From a virus (Duplodnaviria > Heunggongvirae > Uroviricota > Caudoviricetes), in IMG/VR virus record IMGVR_UViG_3300032291_003166: DNA of 64,000 nt, one strand, 5' to 3'. A program made the position numbers and the translations under genes. Shown here one piece after another: positions 28,537-37,541 of this stretch. Position 1 is the stretch's first letter. Each line of letters begins with the position of its first letter. The notes beneath the pieces were generated by a model, which worked only from the letters and a program-made list of their open reading frames with translations, had not been told where the DNA came from and did no database searches.

Positions 28537-28768
28537 ATACTTTAGTAGTTAACAATGTTATTAATTGTCGTTTTTGTTTGAATGTTAAATTTTCTTCAAC
28601 TAATAATCCAATTTCATCATCTGTTGCTATATCACAATAGTAATCATATTCATCATCTGTCATTCTGGCTACTACTTTAACTACATTATCCATAGCATCT
28701 AGTACCCCACCTGATGATTTGATTCCATACTTATCATCTGTCCAATTTTTTCTTGCTAACCTACTCAT
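28520..28768 (-). CDS. small hypothetical protein
   Basis: 82 aa ORF. Confidence 0.4.
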   Translation of the reverse strand: MSRLARKNWTDDKYGIKSSGGVLDAMDNVVKVVARMTDDEYDYYCDIATDDEIGLLVEENLTFKQKRQLITLLTTKVYGRKV

Positions 28769-29045
28769 TTTCTATTTGCTCATATGTTAATTCAAAAATA
28801 TCTGGTTTGCAAGGATAAAATTCTCCTTTAACACCTTTGATAATATAATCTCCTTCGGTGGCTGACATTATTCCTTCTAATGTTGGGATAATACAAGTTG
28901 CAATACCATCCATTCTTTTTTCAATAGTAATATCTTGAACTTTACCTCCGGTGAACTCTTTAACTTGTTCCCAATTAGTTCTTGTAAATTGAATCGCTTC
29001 AATTTCTACTGGTTTTTTTCTATATTTCATGTTATTTCTTTTCAA
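28761..29045 (-). CDS. small hypothetical protein
   Basis: 94 aa ORF. Confidence 0.4.
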   Translation of the reverse strand: MKRNNMKYRKKPVEIEAIQFTRTNWEQVKEFTGGKVQDITIEKRMDGIATCIIPTLEGIMSATEGDYIIKGVKGEFYPCKPDIFELTYEQIENE

Positions 29046-29262
29046 TTAGAAATCTTTTATTATATATTTCCTTAAATTGTTCTGGACATTCATCTGAATA
29101 CCAATGTATTGTAATATTCATTGCTTTCATAATCATTATTAAGTCATCTAATGATCGTACTTGCTCCCAATTTATTTCAAATTGTTTATCAAATATTTTA
29201 AATGATCCATTAGTTACACTAACTTCGGGTGTTTTATATTCTTGATTTTCTATTTCTTCCAT
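29032..29262 (-). CDS. small hypothetical protein
   Basis: 76 aa ORF. Confidence 0.4.
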   Translation of the reverse strand: MEEIENQEYKTPEVSVTNGSFKIFDKQFEINWEQVRSLDDLIMIMKAMNITIHWYSDECPEQFKEIYNKRFLIEKK

Positions 29263-29711
29263 TGCTCTGGTTTTAAAGGTAATACTGATACTTGAACTAA
29301 TGTTCCATCATCTGTAATACGACTATAATGTAATGTACTATCTTGATTTAATTTAATTATAATATCATATTCTAATACATTTCCAAATGCATTTTTAGAT
29401 GTTTTTAGTGTATCTACAATTATATATTCATTACCTATTGGTGTTGATTTTGTGGTTGTTTGATAATCAATCAACTCTGTCAATGTACTAAGTAATTTCT
29501 GATTAACCTCATATTTAATACTATTCTCAACAATCTTTGGATCAATGTGTCCAATAATCATATCTTGTGGTATATTATATACCGATCTAATTTGCATTAT
29601 TTTTTTATCAACTATTGTTGGGTTGAATTGAGGGTATTTAGGTTTAATTGGCTCGTAACCTAACATGAATAGCAATCTGTTGATGTATTTTTTCATAACC
29701 TTTATTTGCAA
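29250..29711 (-). CDS. hypothetical protein
   Basis: 153 aa ORF. Confidence 0.45.
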   Translation of the reverse strand: MQIKVMKKYINRLLFMLGYEPIKPKYPQFNPTIVDKKIMQIRSVYNIPQDMIIGHIDPKIVENSIKYEVNQKLLSTLTELIDYQTTTKSTPIGNEYIIVDTLKTSKNAFGNVLEYDIIIKLNQDSTLHYSRITDDGTLVQVSVLPLKPEQWKK

Positions 29712-29893
29712 TTTTTTAATTGTGCAATTTCTTCTCTTAATTTTCTAACTTCTTTAACTAAAGAATTGCTTTGCTCTTCTTTTTTTCTACATTCGTTGCA
29801 TGTTTGTCCCCACATACTTTGAGCAACTTTACCACAAGTATAACATTCATACCCAACTATGTTGCCTCTATAATCTCTTACTGAATTGTTCAT
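29702..29893 (-). CDS. small zinc-ribbon protein
   Basis: CYTC...CNEC. Confidence 0.4.
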   Translation of the reverse strand: MNNSVRDYRGNIVGYECYTCGKVAQSMWGQTCNECRKKEEQSNSLVKEVRKLREEIAQLKNCK

Positions 29894-29924
29894 ATATTAT
29901 TTATTTTTATATTTTTCATAACCT

Positions 29925-30116
29925 TTATTTTAATTTAACTACAAATGAATTAAATCCACTTGCTATGAATGTTTTTTCACTTAATGATAGGGCTGTCAAA
30001 TGAAATAAGTCATTTCGCATCATTTCTATATATTCCTTTGAGATGTCTATATCAACTCCTCTACCATTTCTTTTTATTTGACTTATAAAAATTAACTCTT
30101 TTCCAAACTTTTTCAT
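29925..30116 (-). CDS. small hypothetical protein
   Basis: 63 aa ORF. Confidence 0.35.
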   Translation of the reverse strand: MKKFGKELIFISQIKRNGRGVDIDISKEYIEMMRNDLFHLTALSLSEKTFIASGFNSFVVKLK

Positions 30117-30119
30117 AAC

Positions 30120-30311
30120 CTATCCCTTTATTGCTGCTGCTAAAACTACCATACCTAAAATTATTACTACAATACTAATTGGTATCCATAACGGTGCTGT
30201 TACCCACCACCAACTCCAATCGATGTTATTAGTTAATTTTAATACTAGGAATATTAAAAACAACATTGTTCCTAATCCTATTCCGTTACTTGAATTACTG
30301 TTTTTGCTCAT
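30120..30311 (-). CDS. small two-TM membrane protein (holin-like topology)
   Basis: 63 aa with two hydrophobic segments and a W-rich turn (DWSWWWVTAPLW). Confidence 0.4.
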   Translation of the reverse strand: MSKNSNSSNGIGLGTMLFLIFLVLKLTNNIDWSWWWVTAPLWIPISIVVIILGMVVLAAAIKG

Positions 30312-30552
30312 GCTTTAAATTATTTATTTCGTTAATTAATTCTTCATAATACATTTTGAATGGATTTGGAAATAATACTTTATCCATTGCCTCAATTATT
30401 TTATTAACTGATATGACTGCACATATTTTAGCATTATGTAATACTGTTCGCTCATCATAATCATTAGATAACATTCCGCTACCCATATAACAATAGACAT
30501 GCGGTTTAAATTCATCTACTAATTTTTTAGCCTCTAATGTTATCTTTTTCAT
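30295..30552 (-). CDS. small hypothetical protein
   Basis: 85 aa ORF. Confidence 0.4.
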   Translation of the reverse strand: MKKITLEAKKLVDEFKPHVYCYMGSGMLSNDYDERTVLHNAKICAVISVNKIIEAMDKVLFPNPFKMYYEELINEINNLKHEQKQ

Positions 30553-30755
30553 TTTTTAGTTGCTTTAGGTTGTGCTATTTTAAACCCCATTGCCTTTGGT
30601 TTTGGTGTTCGTTTTTTCTTTACCTCATCATTACTTAATAACTGATTAACCTTATAGTTTATCATTGCTGATTGCTGGCCTAATAATATAATTAATCCCA
30701 CCATAACCAACTGTATAACCACTACCCCAATTAATATTCCTATTGTTACGTTCAT
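30549..30755 (-). CDS. small single-TM membrane protein with basic tail
   Basis: 68 aa (MNVTIGILIGVVVIQLVMVGLIILL...KKKRTPKPK). Confidence 0.45.
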   Translation of the reverse strand: MNVTIGILIGVVVIQLVMVGLIILLGQQSAMINYKVNQLLSNDEVKKKRTPKPKAMGFKIAQPKATKK

Positions 30756-30865
30756 ATTTTGTTTTACTTTATATGTGGGTTAAGTGGCTTGTCGGGTAAT
30801 TTATATCCTTCAATATAAAGTTCCCGCCGTCACACTTGCTATTAAAATTATATATACGTAGGAGG

Positions 30866-31120
30866 TTATGCGAATTTCGAAAAAGCTGCATTTGGTGTTT
30901 TTTCTATTTGTTTTAAATACTCTAACATTTTATTTAATGCTTCTATTTTTAATGTTACTTGACTTATTGAGTCACCTTTAAATGATACTGCTTCTTCATT
31001 TGCTGTTGTTACATCAATTGATTTTGATTTATGATTGTAACTTAACTCTATTACTTCTACATCCACTCCATTTTGAGCTTGGAAGTAAACTGTTTCCCAT
31101 GTTTTAATAATATCTACCAT
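30866..31120 (-). CDS. small hypothetical protein
   Basis: 84 aa ORF. Confidence 0.4.
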   Translation of the reverse strand: MVDIIKTWETVYFQAQNGVDVEVIELSYNHKSKSIDVTTANEEAVSFKGDSISQVTLKIEALNKMLEYLKQIEKTPNAAFSKFA

Positions 31121-31129
31121 ATGTTAAAA

Positions 31130-31453
31130 TTAAAAAGGTGTGTGACCCCATATCAATGCTACTCTATATTTTTCAGTTTGAACTAATTCATTTATTTGAT
31201 AAGGAAATAATTTGCTTTGATATATTATTTCTCTAGCCATTTCTATATTACCGGCATCATCTGATGTTAACATTTTACAAATAGTATCAAACATTTCCTT
31301 ATCCATATCATGGATTAAGTTTTTATATTGTTGTGCTCTTAACTTTTTACTTAAGCTTTTTTTAACTTGTTTTATACTTTCTAAGTATGGATCCACTCTG
31401 TAATCACTTTGTTTATCCTGTTTCTTCTGCCAAGCGTAAAGTGGATTATACAT
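31130..31453 (-). CDS. hypothetical protein (start revised to ATG at 31451-31453)
   Basis: The track ORF starts at a TTG inside a hairpin. The in-frame ATG (MYNPLYAWQ...) sits in the conserved context behind a promoter-motif copy. Confidence 0.45.
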   Translation of the reverse strand: MYNPLYAWQKKQDKQSDYRVDPYLESIKQVKKSLSKKLRAQQYKNLIHDMDKEMFDTICKMLTSDDAGNIEMAREIIYQSKLFPYQINELVQTEKYRVALIWGHTPF

Positions 31454-31466
31454 TATCTTTATTTTT

Positions 31467-31503
31467 TTAATATAATTAAATGTAAATATGGGGCCTAGGT
31501 TAT
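31467..31503 (-). promoter_or_regulatory. promoter-like element, degenerate variant A overlapping a GGGGC...GCCCC hairpin (31490-31512)
   Basis: TTAATATAATTAAATGTAAAT then a GC hairpin, upstream of the revised start at 31453. Confidence 0.45.
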
Positions 31504-31520
31504 CCAAGCCCCATTTTATA

Positions 31521-32471
31521 TTAGAAACCTGTTCCCTTAACTAATGTTGGTGTGGTTCCATATACTGGTAACTTACCATCCCATTTATTAATATATTCTA
31601 ACTGTAATAATAGTGGTGTTAACGTTTGTTGTTTCATTCTATTTGCTTCCGCTTCTGCTTTAGCTGATGTTAACATTGCTTGGGCATTACCTTGAGCAGT
31701 TGCTATTTTAATTTTAGCTCTTGCTTCGGCCGTTTTAACTTCGTTCTCTGCTCTTAAGGCTGACTGAACGGCATTGTTCTTAGCCTCAATTGATTTCTTA
31801 AATGTTTCAGGATATATTAAATTTGAAGTGAATTGATTAATAATGAATCCTTCTTTTAATAATTGTCCATCTAATAATCTACGAACTTCAATTTCAAATA
31901 ATGCTCTATTACTAATTAATTCATCAGCTGTGTATTTGTTAGTTGCTAATCGAAATGCATCATAAACTGCTGTCTTTAAAAATCCTTCTTCAATATCCTC
32001 TAGCGGTCTACGATATTTGCTAAAGATTGCTGGTACTTTCTCACGTTTAACTGAATAGTTCATAATAGGTGACACACTAAATTCAGATCCATCTTTACTA
32101 TTTACAATGAATGAATCCTCACCTTTATATTCTTTATGTTGAATAAATGTTGGAAACTCATAAATTCGTGTTGTAAATGGATTATAAAATACCATCCCCG
32201 TTACTGCGGTTACATCATCTACACCTTTATTATCTCCATATTGGTTAACTTTAACACCTACGTGTCCCGCATCAATTCTCTCACATGAGAAGAATGATGT
32301 TACTAATAAGATAAATCCTACGATTGCTGCTACTACGTTTTTAATCATTTTTGTTGCTTTTAATTGTTGTTTTTGGTTAAATTCTTGTTCCATTTGATCT
32401 AATTCTTGATCACTTCTTCTACTATTAGTAAGAGGATCATAACGATGATCGTATCTATCAAATTTTTTCAT
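31521..32471 (-). CDS. SPFH/band-7 (HflK/C-, prohibitin-like) membrane protein
   Basis: N-terminal TM segment (VVAAIVGFILLVTSFFSC) and a C-terminal Ala/Glu-rich coiled region typical of SPFH proteins. Confidence 0.55.
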   Translation of the reverse strand: MKKFDRYDHRYDPLTNSRRSDQELDQMEQEFNQKQQLKATKMIKNVVAAIVGFILLVTSFFSCERIDAGHVGVKVNQYGDNKGVDDVTAVTGMVFYNPFTTRIYEFPTFIQHKEYKGEDSFIVNSKDGSEFSVSPIMNYSVKREKVPAIFSKYRRPLEDIEEGFLKTAVYDAFRLATNKYTADELISNRALFEIEVRRLLDGQLLKEGFIINQFTSNLIYPETFKKSIEAKNNAVQSALRAENEVKTAEARAKIKIATAQGNAQAMLTSAKAEAEANRMKQQTLTPLLLQLEYINKWDGKLPVYGTTPTLVKGTGF

Positions 32472-32472
32472 G

Positions 32473-32778
32473 TTATTTTATTTGTTTTTGTTTGTTTTTT
32501 GTTTTTGGAATTGGTTCTCTGTATACACCTTTATTCTTAATATATTCAATTATATTTGCTTGTTCTTGCTCTGTTAATTCAATTTCTTTAACTGGTGGAA
32601 AATAATATTGGATACAGAAATGATAAGCAAAATATAAAGCTATTATACCTGCTGTTAATGATAACATGTTTGTAATAGTATTAGCCGCTGATAATCCGGG
32701 AAATACAATTTTATCAAATATTAATATTAATCCAATTAATACTAAAATGGGTTTTAAAAAGTTAATTAATTTTTTCAT
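32473..32778 (-). CDS. membrane protein (2 TM)
   Basis: 101 aa with two hydrophobic helices. Confidence 0.45.
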   Translation of the reverse strand: MKKLINFLKPILVLIGLILIFDKIVFPGLSAANTITNMLSLTAGIIALYFAYHFCIQYYFPPVKEIELTEQEQANIIEYIKNKGVYREPIPKTKNKQKQIK

Positions 32779-32786
32779 CTGTTTTT

Positions 32787-33026
32787 TTATTGAATATTCT
32801 CGTCGTACCTTGTTTTACCTGATGTTTGTGATGACATTGTTTCACCTTTATTAGTGAAATAATGACTTCTACCACCATCCCAAAATCTATACACTTTAAC
32901 ACCATCATGTTCAAATAACAATTCAACTTTAAATTCATCGTTGTTTGTTTGTTCTTTCCTCAATGCAACACCCTCACATGATGTTAATGCTACTGCTAAT
33001 AATACTAATGCTAGTAATTTTTTCAT
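32787..33026 (-). CDS. small lipoprotein
   Basis: MKKLLALVLLAVALTSC lipobox. Confidence 0.5.
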   Translation of the reverse strand: MKKLLALVLLAVALTSCEGVALRKEQTNNDEFKVELLFEHDGVKVYRFWDGGRSHYFTNKGETMSSQTSGKTRYDENIQ

Positions 33027-33030
33027 AACT

Positions 33031-33315
33031 TTATTTGTTTTTGATTATATTATATATTTCTTGTTTAAACGATTCAAAATCACTTAACTTAACTTTATCA
33101 ACATTGAATAATTCAAATTCAATATCTGTGTTAACATATGATTTTACTACTAATAGATGATAATCTTTTGCCAGTGGAGATTTGTTAGCATAATTTGATA
33201 CATGATCAATACCTTCTGCTGTTGTTTTCTTATGCAACTTAATTACAAATATTGGTTTCATATCTCTACTTAGTTTTTTTCTTACGTCCTCTAGTTTTTG
33301 TTTTAGACTTTGCAT
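33031..33315 (-). CDS. small hypothetical protein
   Basis: 94 aa ORF. Its N-terminus overlaps the upstream gene, so the true start may be the internal Met. Confidence 0.4.
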   Translation of the reverse strand: MQSLKQKLEDVRKKLSRDMKPIFVIKLHKKTTAEGIDHVSNYANKSPLAKDYHLLVVKSYVNTDIEFELFNVDKVKLSDFESFKQEIYNIIKNK

Positions 33316-33562
33316 CTTGTATGGCGTTTATTTTTTTCATTTCATTACGAATACGTTTAGCTTCTTTAGCTTCCTTAGCCATTTGTTTTTGTGCTTTCTC
33401 CGCACCTGGTTTGTAAACAATATTTACTTCAATTGGACCTCTATCTGATATGTTTAAATCATAAACCCATGTTCTAATACTAAGTTCATCTTCATATACT
33501 CTACTAAATTTAGTTGGTTTTTCTTCAACTTGTATTTCTTTTGGTCTACCTCTACCTGCCAT
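33266..33562 (-). CDS. small basic DNA-binding protein with AT-hook-like motifs
   Basis: MAGRGRPKE at the N-terminus, K/R-rich C-terminus TRGRKKKTK. Confidence 0.4.
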   Translation of the reverse strand: MAGRGRPKEIQVEEKPTKFSRVYEDELSIRTWVYDLNISDRGPIEVNIVYKPGAEKAQKQMAKEAKEAKRIRNEMKKINAIQDAKSKTKTRGRKKKTK

Positions 33563-33574
33563 ATCCTTTATTTT

Positions 33575-33742
33575 TTAATTATTTACTGTGTAAAGCATCT
33601 CTATTGCTTTTTCTAAATCTTCTAATAACCTTTCATTTCTAATTATTACATCCCAATCTTTAGGTTCTTGATTTAGAGCAATTAATAATTCTGATTTGAG
33701 TTTATTTCTTTCTACTTCTAATAATCTTATTGAATATTCCAT
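33575..33742 (-). CDS. small hypothetical protein (55 aa), not in ORF track
   Basis: Manual translation MEYSIRLLEVERNKLKSELLIALNQEPKDWDV..., start in the cat-atcc context behind a promoter-motif copy. Confidence 0.3.
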   Translation of the reverse strand: MEYSIRLLEVERNKLKSELLIALNQEPKDWDVIIRNERLLEDLEKAIEMLYTVNN

Positions 33743-33754
33743 ATCCCTTAATTT

Positions 33755-33790
33755 TTAATATAATTAAATATAAGTAACTAATTGAGGTCA
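33755..33790 (-). promoter_or_regulatory. promoter-like element, variant A
   Basis: Upstream of the small ORF 33575-33742. Confidence 0.55.
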
Positions 33791-34686
33791 GTTTGTTCTT
33801 TATATTTATTAAATAATTTTTCTGCCTCCTGCTTATATTCAATTGATGTTTTATTTTCCCATTTATTAACGTTATTTATAAAATAATTAAATTTTAATTC
33901 TGTTATGCTTAATGTTGATTTTTTATATAACTCTTCATTTTTACAATAACTTCGTTCTTTGACTTCAACTTGGTATTTATTACCTTCTTTACCTATTACT
34001 TTGAAACCATTAACATATACATACTGATGTGATGCTCTACCATACTGGAATGGTATGAGTTTATCAACCGTTGTTATTTTATTTTTATCTTCTCCATAAT
34101 AGTTAAATTTATATTCTGGTTTAAATGACTCTAATTCGAATCCTATTTCCTTCATACTTTTTAATTCATCTTCTTTAATTTCATTTTTTAATTTATTTAA
34201 AGATGTTTCTAATGAAGTGTATTTAGTGTATATGCCTTCTTTATCCTTGATAATTTCTCTATATGATGGTGCCCATTCATTAATAAATTTATTAGTAACT
34301 GAATTAGACCTGGTGGTGAGTTCACCTAGAAATTTTAAATAAACACCCGTTACATCATCATCTAATCTTGCCCCGTAAGTGTTTTCCCATTGTATCCCTA
34401 TATATTCTTTTTTACTGAAATCTCTTTTAAGTTGTATCTCTAATTTATACTTCCATTTATTATCTAATTTATCATTTGGATCAGAGAATGATAATGTAAT
34501 TAAATCTTTAGCAAATTTTAATTCGGAAAACGGATATATAAAATTTATTTTAAACCAACTATTGATTTCATCTTCTAATTTTTGTTGAGCAGGGATTGAA
34601 ATACTTTCATTATAATCATTATATTCTTTTTTAAGAATGCTTAATTGACTTAATAAATTATCGTATAAAACTTGTTTGATATCCAT
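33778..34686 (-). CDS. hypothetical protein
   Basis: 302 aa ORF behind a promoter-motif copy. Confidence 0.5.
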   Translation of the reverse strand: MDIKQVLYDNLLSQLSILKKEYNDYNESISIPAQQKLEDEINSWFKINFIYPFSELKFAKDLITLSFSDPNDKLDNKWKYKLEIQLKRDFSKKEYIGIQWENTYGARLDDDVTGVYLKFLGELTTRSNSVTNKFINEWAPSYREIIKDKEGIYTKYTSLETSLNKLKNEIKEDELKSMKEIGFELESFKPEYKFNYYGEDKNKITTVDKLIPFQYGRASHQYVYVNGFKVIGKEGNKYQVEVKERSYCKNEELYKKSTLSITELKFNYFINNVNKWENKTSIEYKQEAEKLFNKYKEQTDLN

Positions 34687-34700
34687 AACCTTCTTATTTT

Positions 34701-34737
34701 TTCTTATATAATAAAGATAATGAGTTGATTAAGGTCA
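34701..34737 (-). promoter_or_regulatory. promoter-like element, variant B
   Basis: Upstream of 33778-34686. Confidence 0.6.
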
Positions 34738-34910
34738 ACCAATTATGTATTTCTTAATTGCTTAATAGCAAAACGGTAGTCATGCATTTCTGCATTAGTC
34801 ATTTTATTAATATTAAAGAATATCATTTGGTCTATTTTATAACCAGAAGATGTATTTTGACGTAACTTAACTAACTCTATAGTATCTATTACTAATTGTG
34901 TCATAACCTA

Positions 34911-35267
34911 TTAATTGCAGCTGTGTTTAGTTAATATATCCTTTAGTTTGGTTGTATCATCCTGGTTAAATGTTTTATTATCAAACCGTTTAATAATATT
35001 TTCTGCTAACTTAATATCTCTCTTAATATCAGCTATTCTAGCTGTGTGGTCACCATATTGTTTTGATGTCCAAAATCCAAGATGGTTATTTAGACAAATC
35101 ATAGTTTTATTAAGTAATGTTTGATTATATTGTTGCTCAATTTTTGTATTATCAATACCTCCACCTAATACTCCACTTAAATCTATATTAAACTTTTTAA
35201 GTGAATTACCTTTATCACTTTGTTTAAGTAATTTATCAGCTAATTTATCGTAAGGATTTCTTGCCAT
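34911..35267 (-). CDS. hypothetical protein
   Basis: 118 aa ORF. Confidence 0.45.
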   Translation of the reverse strand: MARNPYDKLADKLLKQSDKGNSLKKFNIDLSGVLGGGIDNTKIEQQYNQTLLNKTMICLNNHLGFWTSKQYGDHTARIADIKRDIKLAENIIKRFDNKTFNQDDTTKLKDILTKHSCN

Positions 35268-35300
35268 ATAAAATAAATATAGGGGGGCTATTCACCCCCT
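35268..35300 (-). terminator. rho-independent terminator (GGGGGG-ctattca-CCCCC followed by a T-rich run on the minus strand)
   Basis: Minus strand reads AGGGGGTGAATAGCCCCCC then TATATTTATTTTAT, 10 nt downstream of the 35309-36103 stop. Confidence 0.6.
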
Positions 35301-35308
35301 TTGTTTAA

Positions 35309-36103
35309 TTAACAACTAACATATTCTGATGCTAGTTCCCATAACGCTTCATTGATTTTTAAATCCTGGCTAAAATTCTTAATGGTTCTTGCTTTACGAT
35401 TTTTAGTACCGTATCTAAATCCACCACCAATAATTTTTTCTTGTACTCGGTTATAAACACTCCACAAATCATTACCCTCATCTTCTTTACGTTCGATGTT
35501 TAATAAACCTTCAATATCAACAAACGTATTTGATTTTTCATTGTTGAAACGTAACTTAATTGCCTTGTGAGCGAAATCAACCATTTGGTCTTCAGTTAAT
35601 TCTGTTTGTGAAAACTGATCCATTTTCTCTACTAACATTGGGAACGAATCAACTGCTTCATTAATTTTAGTTTGTAATTCAGCAAACGTATAACCCATAT
35701 GACGTAATTTAAAATCACCATAACTTTGATCACAAATTACTAAACCATTTGAACATACTAATCTAAATAAACCAATCTGGAATTTAAATGAACTTAAACC
35801 ATCATGTGAATTAGTTAATAAAATTTGTGGATAAACTTTATCACCATCATTACCTTCAATCTCAATATTTGGATTGAAAAATTTAATCATGTGACGTTGA
35901 TAACCTACCGTAGTTGATTTACGTGCTTTAATTTCTTTAGCATCACATGGTAACCAACCTAATGACATCATATCATTAATAACTCTGTCAGTTGGAATGT
36001 GAACATAATGCTCACTCAAACCAATTTTTTGTTTAGTTTGAAATGTGCTTGGTGCTAATTCTTTAATCTGATCTAATGTTAATGTTTCGAATACTGTTTT
36101 CAT
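35309..36103 (-). CDS. hypothetical protein
   Basis: 264 aa ORF behind a promoter-motif copy. Confidence 0.5.
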   Translation of the reverse strand: MKTVFETLTLDQIKELAPSTFQTKQKIGLSEHYVHIPTDRVINDMMSLGWLPCDAKEIKARKSTTVGYQRHMIKFFNPNIEIEGNDGDKVYPQILLTNSHDGLSSFKFQIGLFRLVCSNGLVICDQSYGDFKLRHMGYTFAELQTKINEAVDSFPMLVEKMDQFSQTELTEDQMVDFAHKAIKLRFNNEKSNTFVDIEGLLNIERKEDEGNDLWSVYNRVQEKIIGGGFRYGTKNRKARTIKNFSQDLKINEALWELASEYVSC

Positions 36104-36145
36104 AACCTTTATTTTAATTTGTTAATAATTTATTTTTCTTATTTT

Positions 36146-36182
36146 TTCTTATATAATAAATATAACAAACTAACCCGGGTCA
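36146..36182 (-). promoter_or_regulatory. promoter-like element, hybrid (TTCTTATATAATAAATATAAC-N11-GGTCA)
   Basis: Upstream of 35309-36103. Confidence 0.6.
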
Positions 36183-36183
36183 T

Positions 36184-36438
36184 CTACAGGCTCCCTAACA
36201 CATTTGTCAGTTGGGCAAGTGTCATTACTCCAGTGTGACGTTTTACTATCTCACCATTTTTCTCAAATATAAGTGTAGGTACAGCTGATATTTGATATTG
36301 TAGTGCTAATTCTGATGCTGTGGATGCATCTATTTTCTGATATGGAGTATTTGTTTCAGCCATTACGCTTTCAAATACTGGACCGAACATGCGACATGGT
36401 CCACATGATGGGGTTGAGAAATATTTAACTGTTACCAT
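36184..36438 (-). CDS. thioredoxin
   Basis: MVTVKYFSTPSCGPC... with a CGPC active site. The track's upstream extension uses a GTG and overlaps the upstream gene. Confidence 0.8.
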   Translation of the reverse strand: MVTVKYFSTPSCGPCRMFGPVFESVMAETNTPYQKIDASTASELALQYQISAVPTLIFEKNGEIVKRHTGVMTLAQLTNVLGSL

Positions 36439-36439
36439 T

Positions 36440-36637
36440 TTAATTATTTTTAATTGTGTTTTGTAATCGTTCTTCGTATCTATTTTTAACTCGTCTAACA
36501 GCTGCTTCCGCTGATGATAATCCAAAGTTAAATACATCACCTTCCTCCGGGTGTTTACTTTTTTTAATTTCTTCTAGACACTCCTCAGTAAATGCGTCTA
36601 GTAATGTTTTAATAATTATAGCTGTTGTTCCCGACAT
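36440..36637 (-). CDS. small hypothetical protein
   Basis: 65 aa ORF, stop 2 nt before the thioredoxin ATG. Confidence 0.4.
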   Translation of the reverse strand: MSGTTAIIIKTLLDAFTEECLEEIKKSKHPEEGDVFNFGLSSAEAAVRRVKNRYEERLQNTIKNN

Positions 36638-36638
36638 A

Positions 36639-37043
36639 TTATTTTTTATTTAAAATTTCAAGTACTTTTTTCAAACCTCCTGATAATTGTTCATTAATCA
36701 TTTCTTCTTCTTCCTTAAAATTTAACTCAAGTTTATTATCAAATAATCTACTTAATTTAGTAAATAATTCAAAATTAATTTCAAGGTGATAACTATACTT
36801 ATGGTTTGTTATCTCTAATAATGAATGTTGTAATACAATATACAATCCTTTTTTCTCTAATTTAATAATTCTCTTATTAACTACAGGCATTAGGATTAAA
36901 TCTACATTATCATCTCTCAATGCTCGTCTAAAAATTGATGAACCAATTTGATGAGTAGTTAATATAGGAAACGCTTTATCCTTATTAAAATTTTTATACG
37001 ACCTAGTTAATTTTACTTTAAGTTTTCTAAATAATCTTTTCAT
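36639..37043 (-). CDS. hypothetical protein
   Basis: 134 aa ORF. Confidence 0.45.
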   Translation of the reverse strand: MKRLFRKLKVKLTRSYKNFNKDKAFPILTTHQIGSSIFRRALRDDNVDLILMPVVNKRIIKLEKKGLYIVLQHSLLEITNHKYSYHLEINFELFTKLSRLFDNKLELNFKEEEEMINEQLSGGLKKVLEILNKK

Positions 37044-37067
37044 AACATTTAATTTAATATTCTTATT

Positions 37068-37493
37068 TTAATTAGCCAAATTTTTCTCACGTAATGATTG
37101 AACATGTTTGCAATTACCTTTTGATCTCCAATATCCTGGGCAAGTACATTTATAAGTATTTTTAGTGGGATCATAAGTTGTTTTATAAGTACCTAATGAG
37201 CCTACTGTTTTCTCAACTATTGTTTCTTTAGGTGGTTTTGGTTTAATCCACTTAACATCATCTAATGTAGTGTCTGGATGAACTTCAATCCAAGATGGCA
37301 TTAAGTATTTTTTACCTTCATTACTAATATATAATGTAGGAGACATATAATGATTAAATTCATACCTAAATACATTAGCAATACAAATCTTGATACCATC
37401 TTGAGATGGTTTGATACTAAACGGAGCGGGAGAACTGATTAGTTCATTTGTTACTCTCCCGTCTCCATAATGTGTTTGAACTTTATATAGCAT
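37068..37493 (-). CDS. hypothetical protein (C-terminal Cys cluster)
   Basis: 141 aa with CTCPGYWRSKGNCKH. Confidence 0.45.
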   Translation of the reverse strand: MLYKVQTHYGDGRVTNELISSPAPFSIKPSQDGIKICIANVFRYEFNHYMSPTLYISNEGKKYLMPSWIEVHPDTTLDDVKWIKPKPPKETIVEKTVGSLGTYKTTYDPTKNTYKCTCPGYWRSKGNCKHVQSLREKNLAN

Positions 37494-37505
37494 AACCTTT
37501 ATTTC

Positions 37506-37541
37506 TTAATATAATTAAATATATGTAACTGATTGGGGTCA
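37506..37541 (-). promoter_or_regulatory. promoter-like element, variant A
   Basis: Upstream of 37068-37493. Confidence 0.6.

Noticed and set aside
31454-31507. Longer version of gene 31130 starting at 31507
   Set aside because: It would start at a TTG inside the GGGGC/GCCCC hairpin and read through the promoter element. The ATG at 31453 sits in the conserved AAAGATAATG context.
36439-36540. N-terminal 34-aa extension of the thioredoxin ORF
   Set aside because: It requires a GTG start and overlaps the upstream 65-aa gene by ~100 nt. The ATG at 36436-36438 gives a canonical-length thioredoxin directly after the upstream stop.
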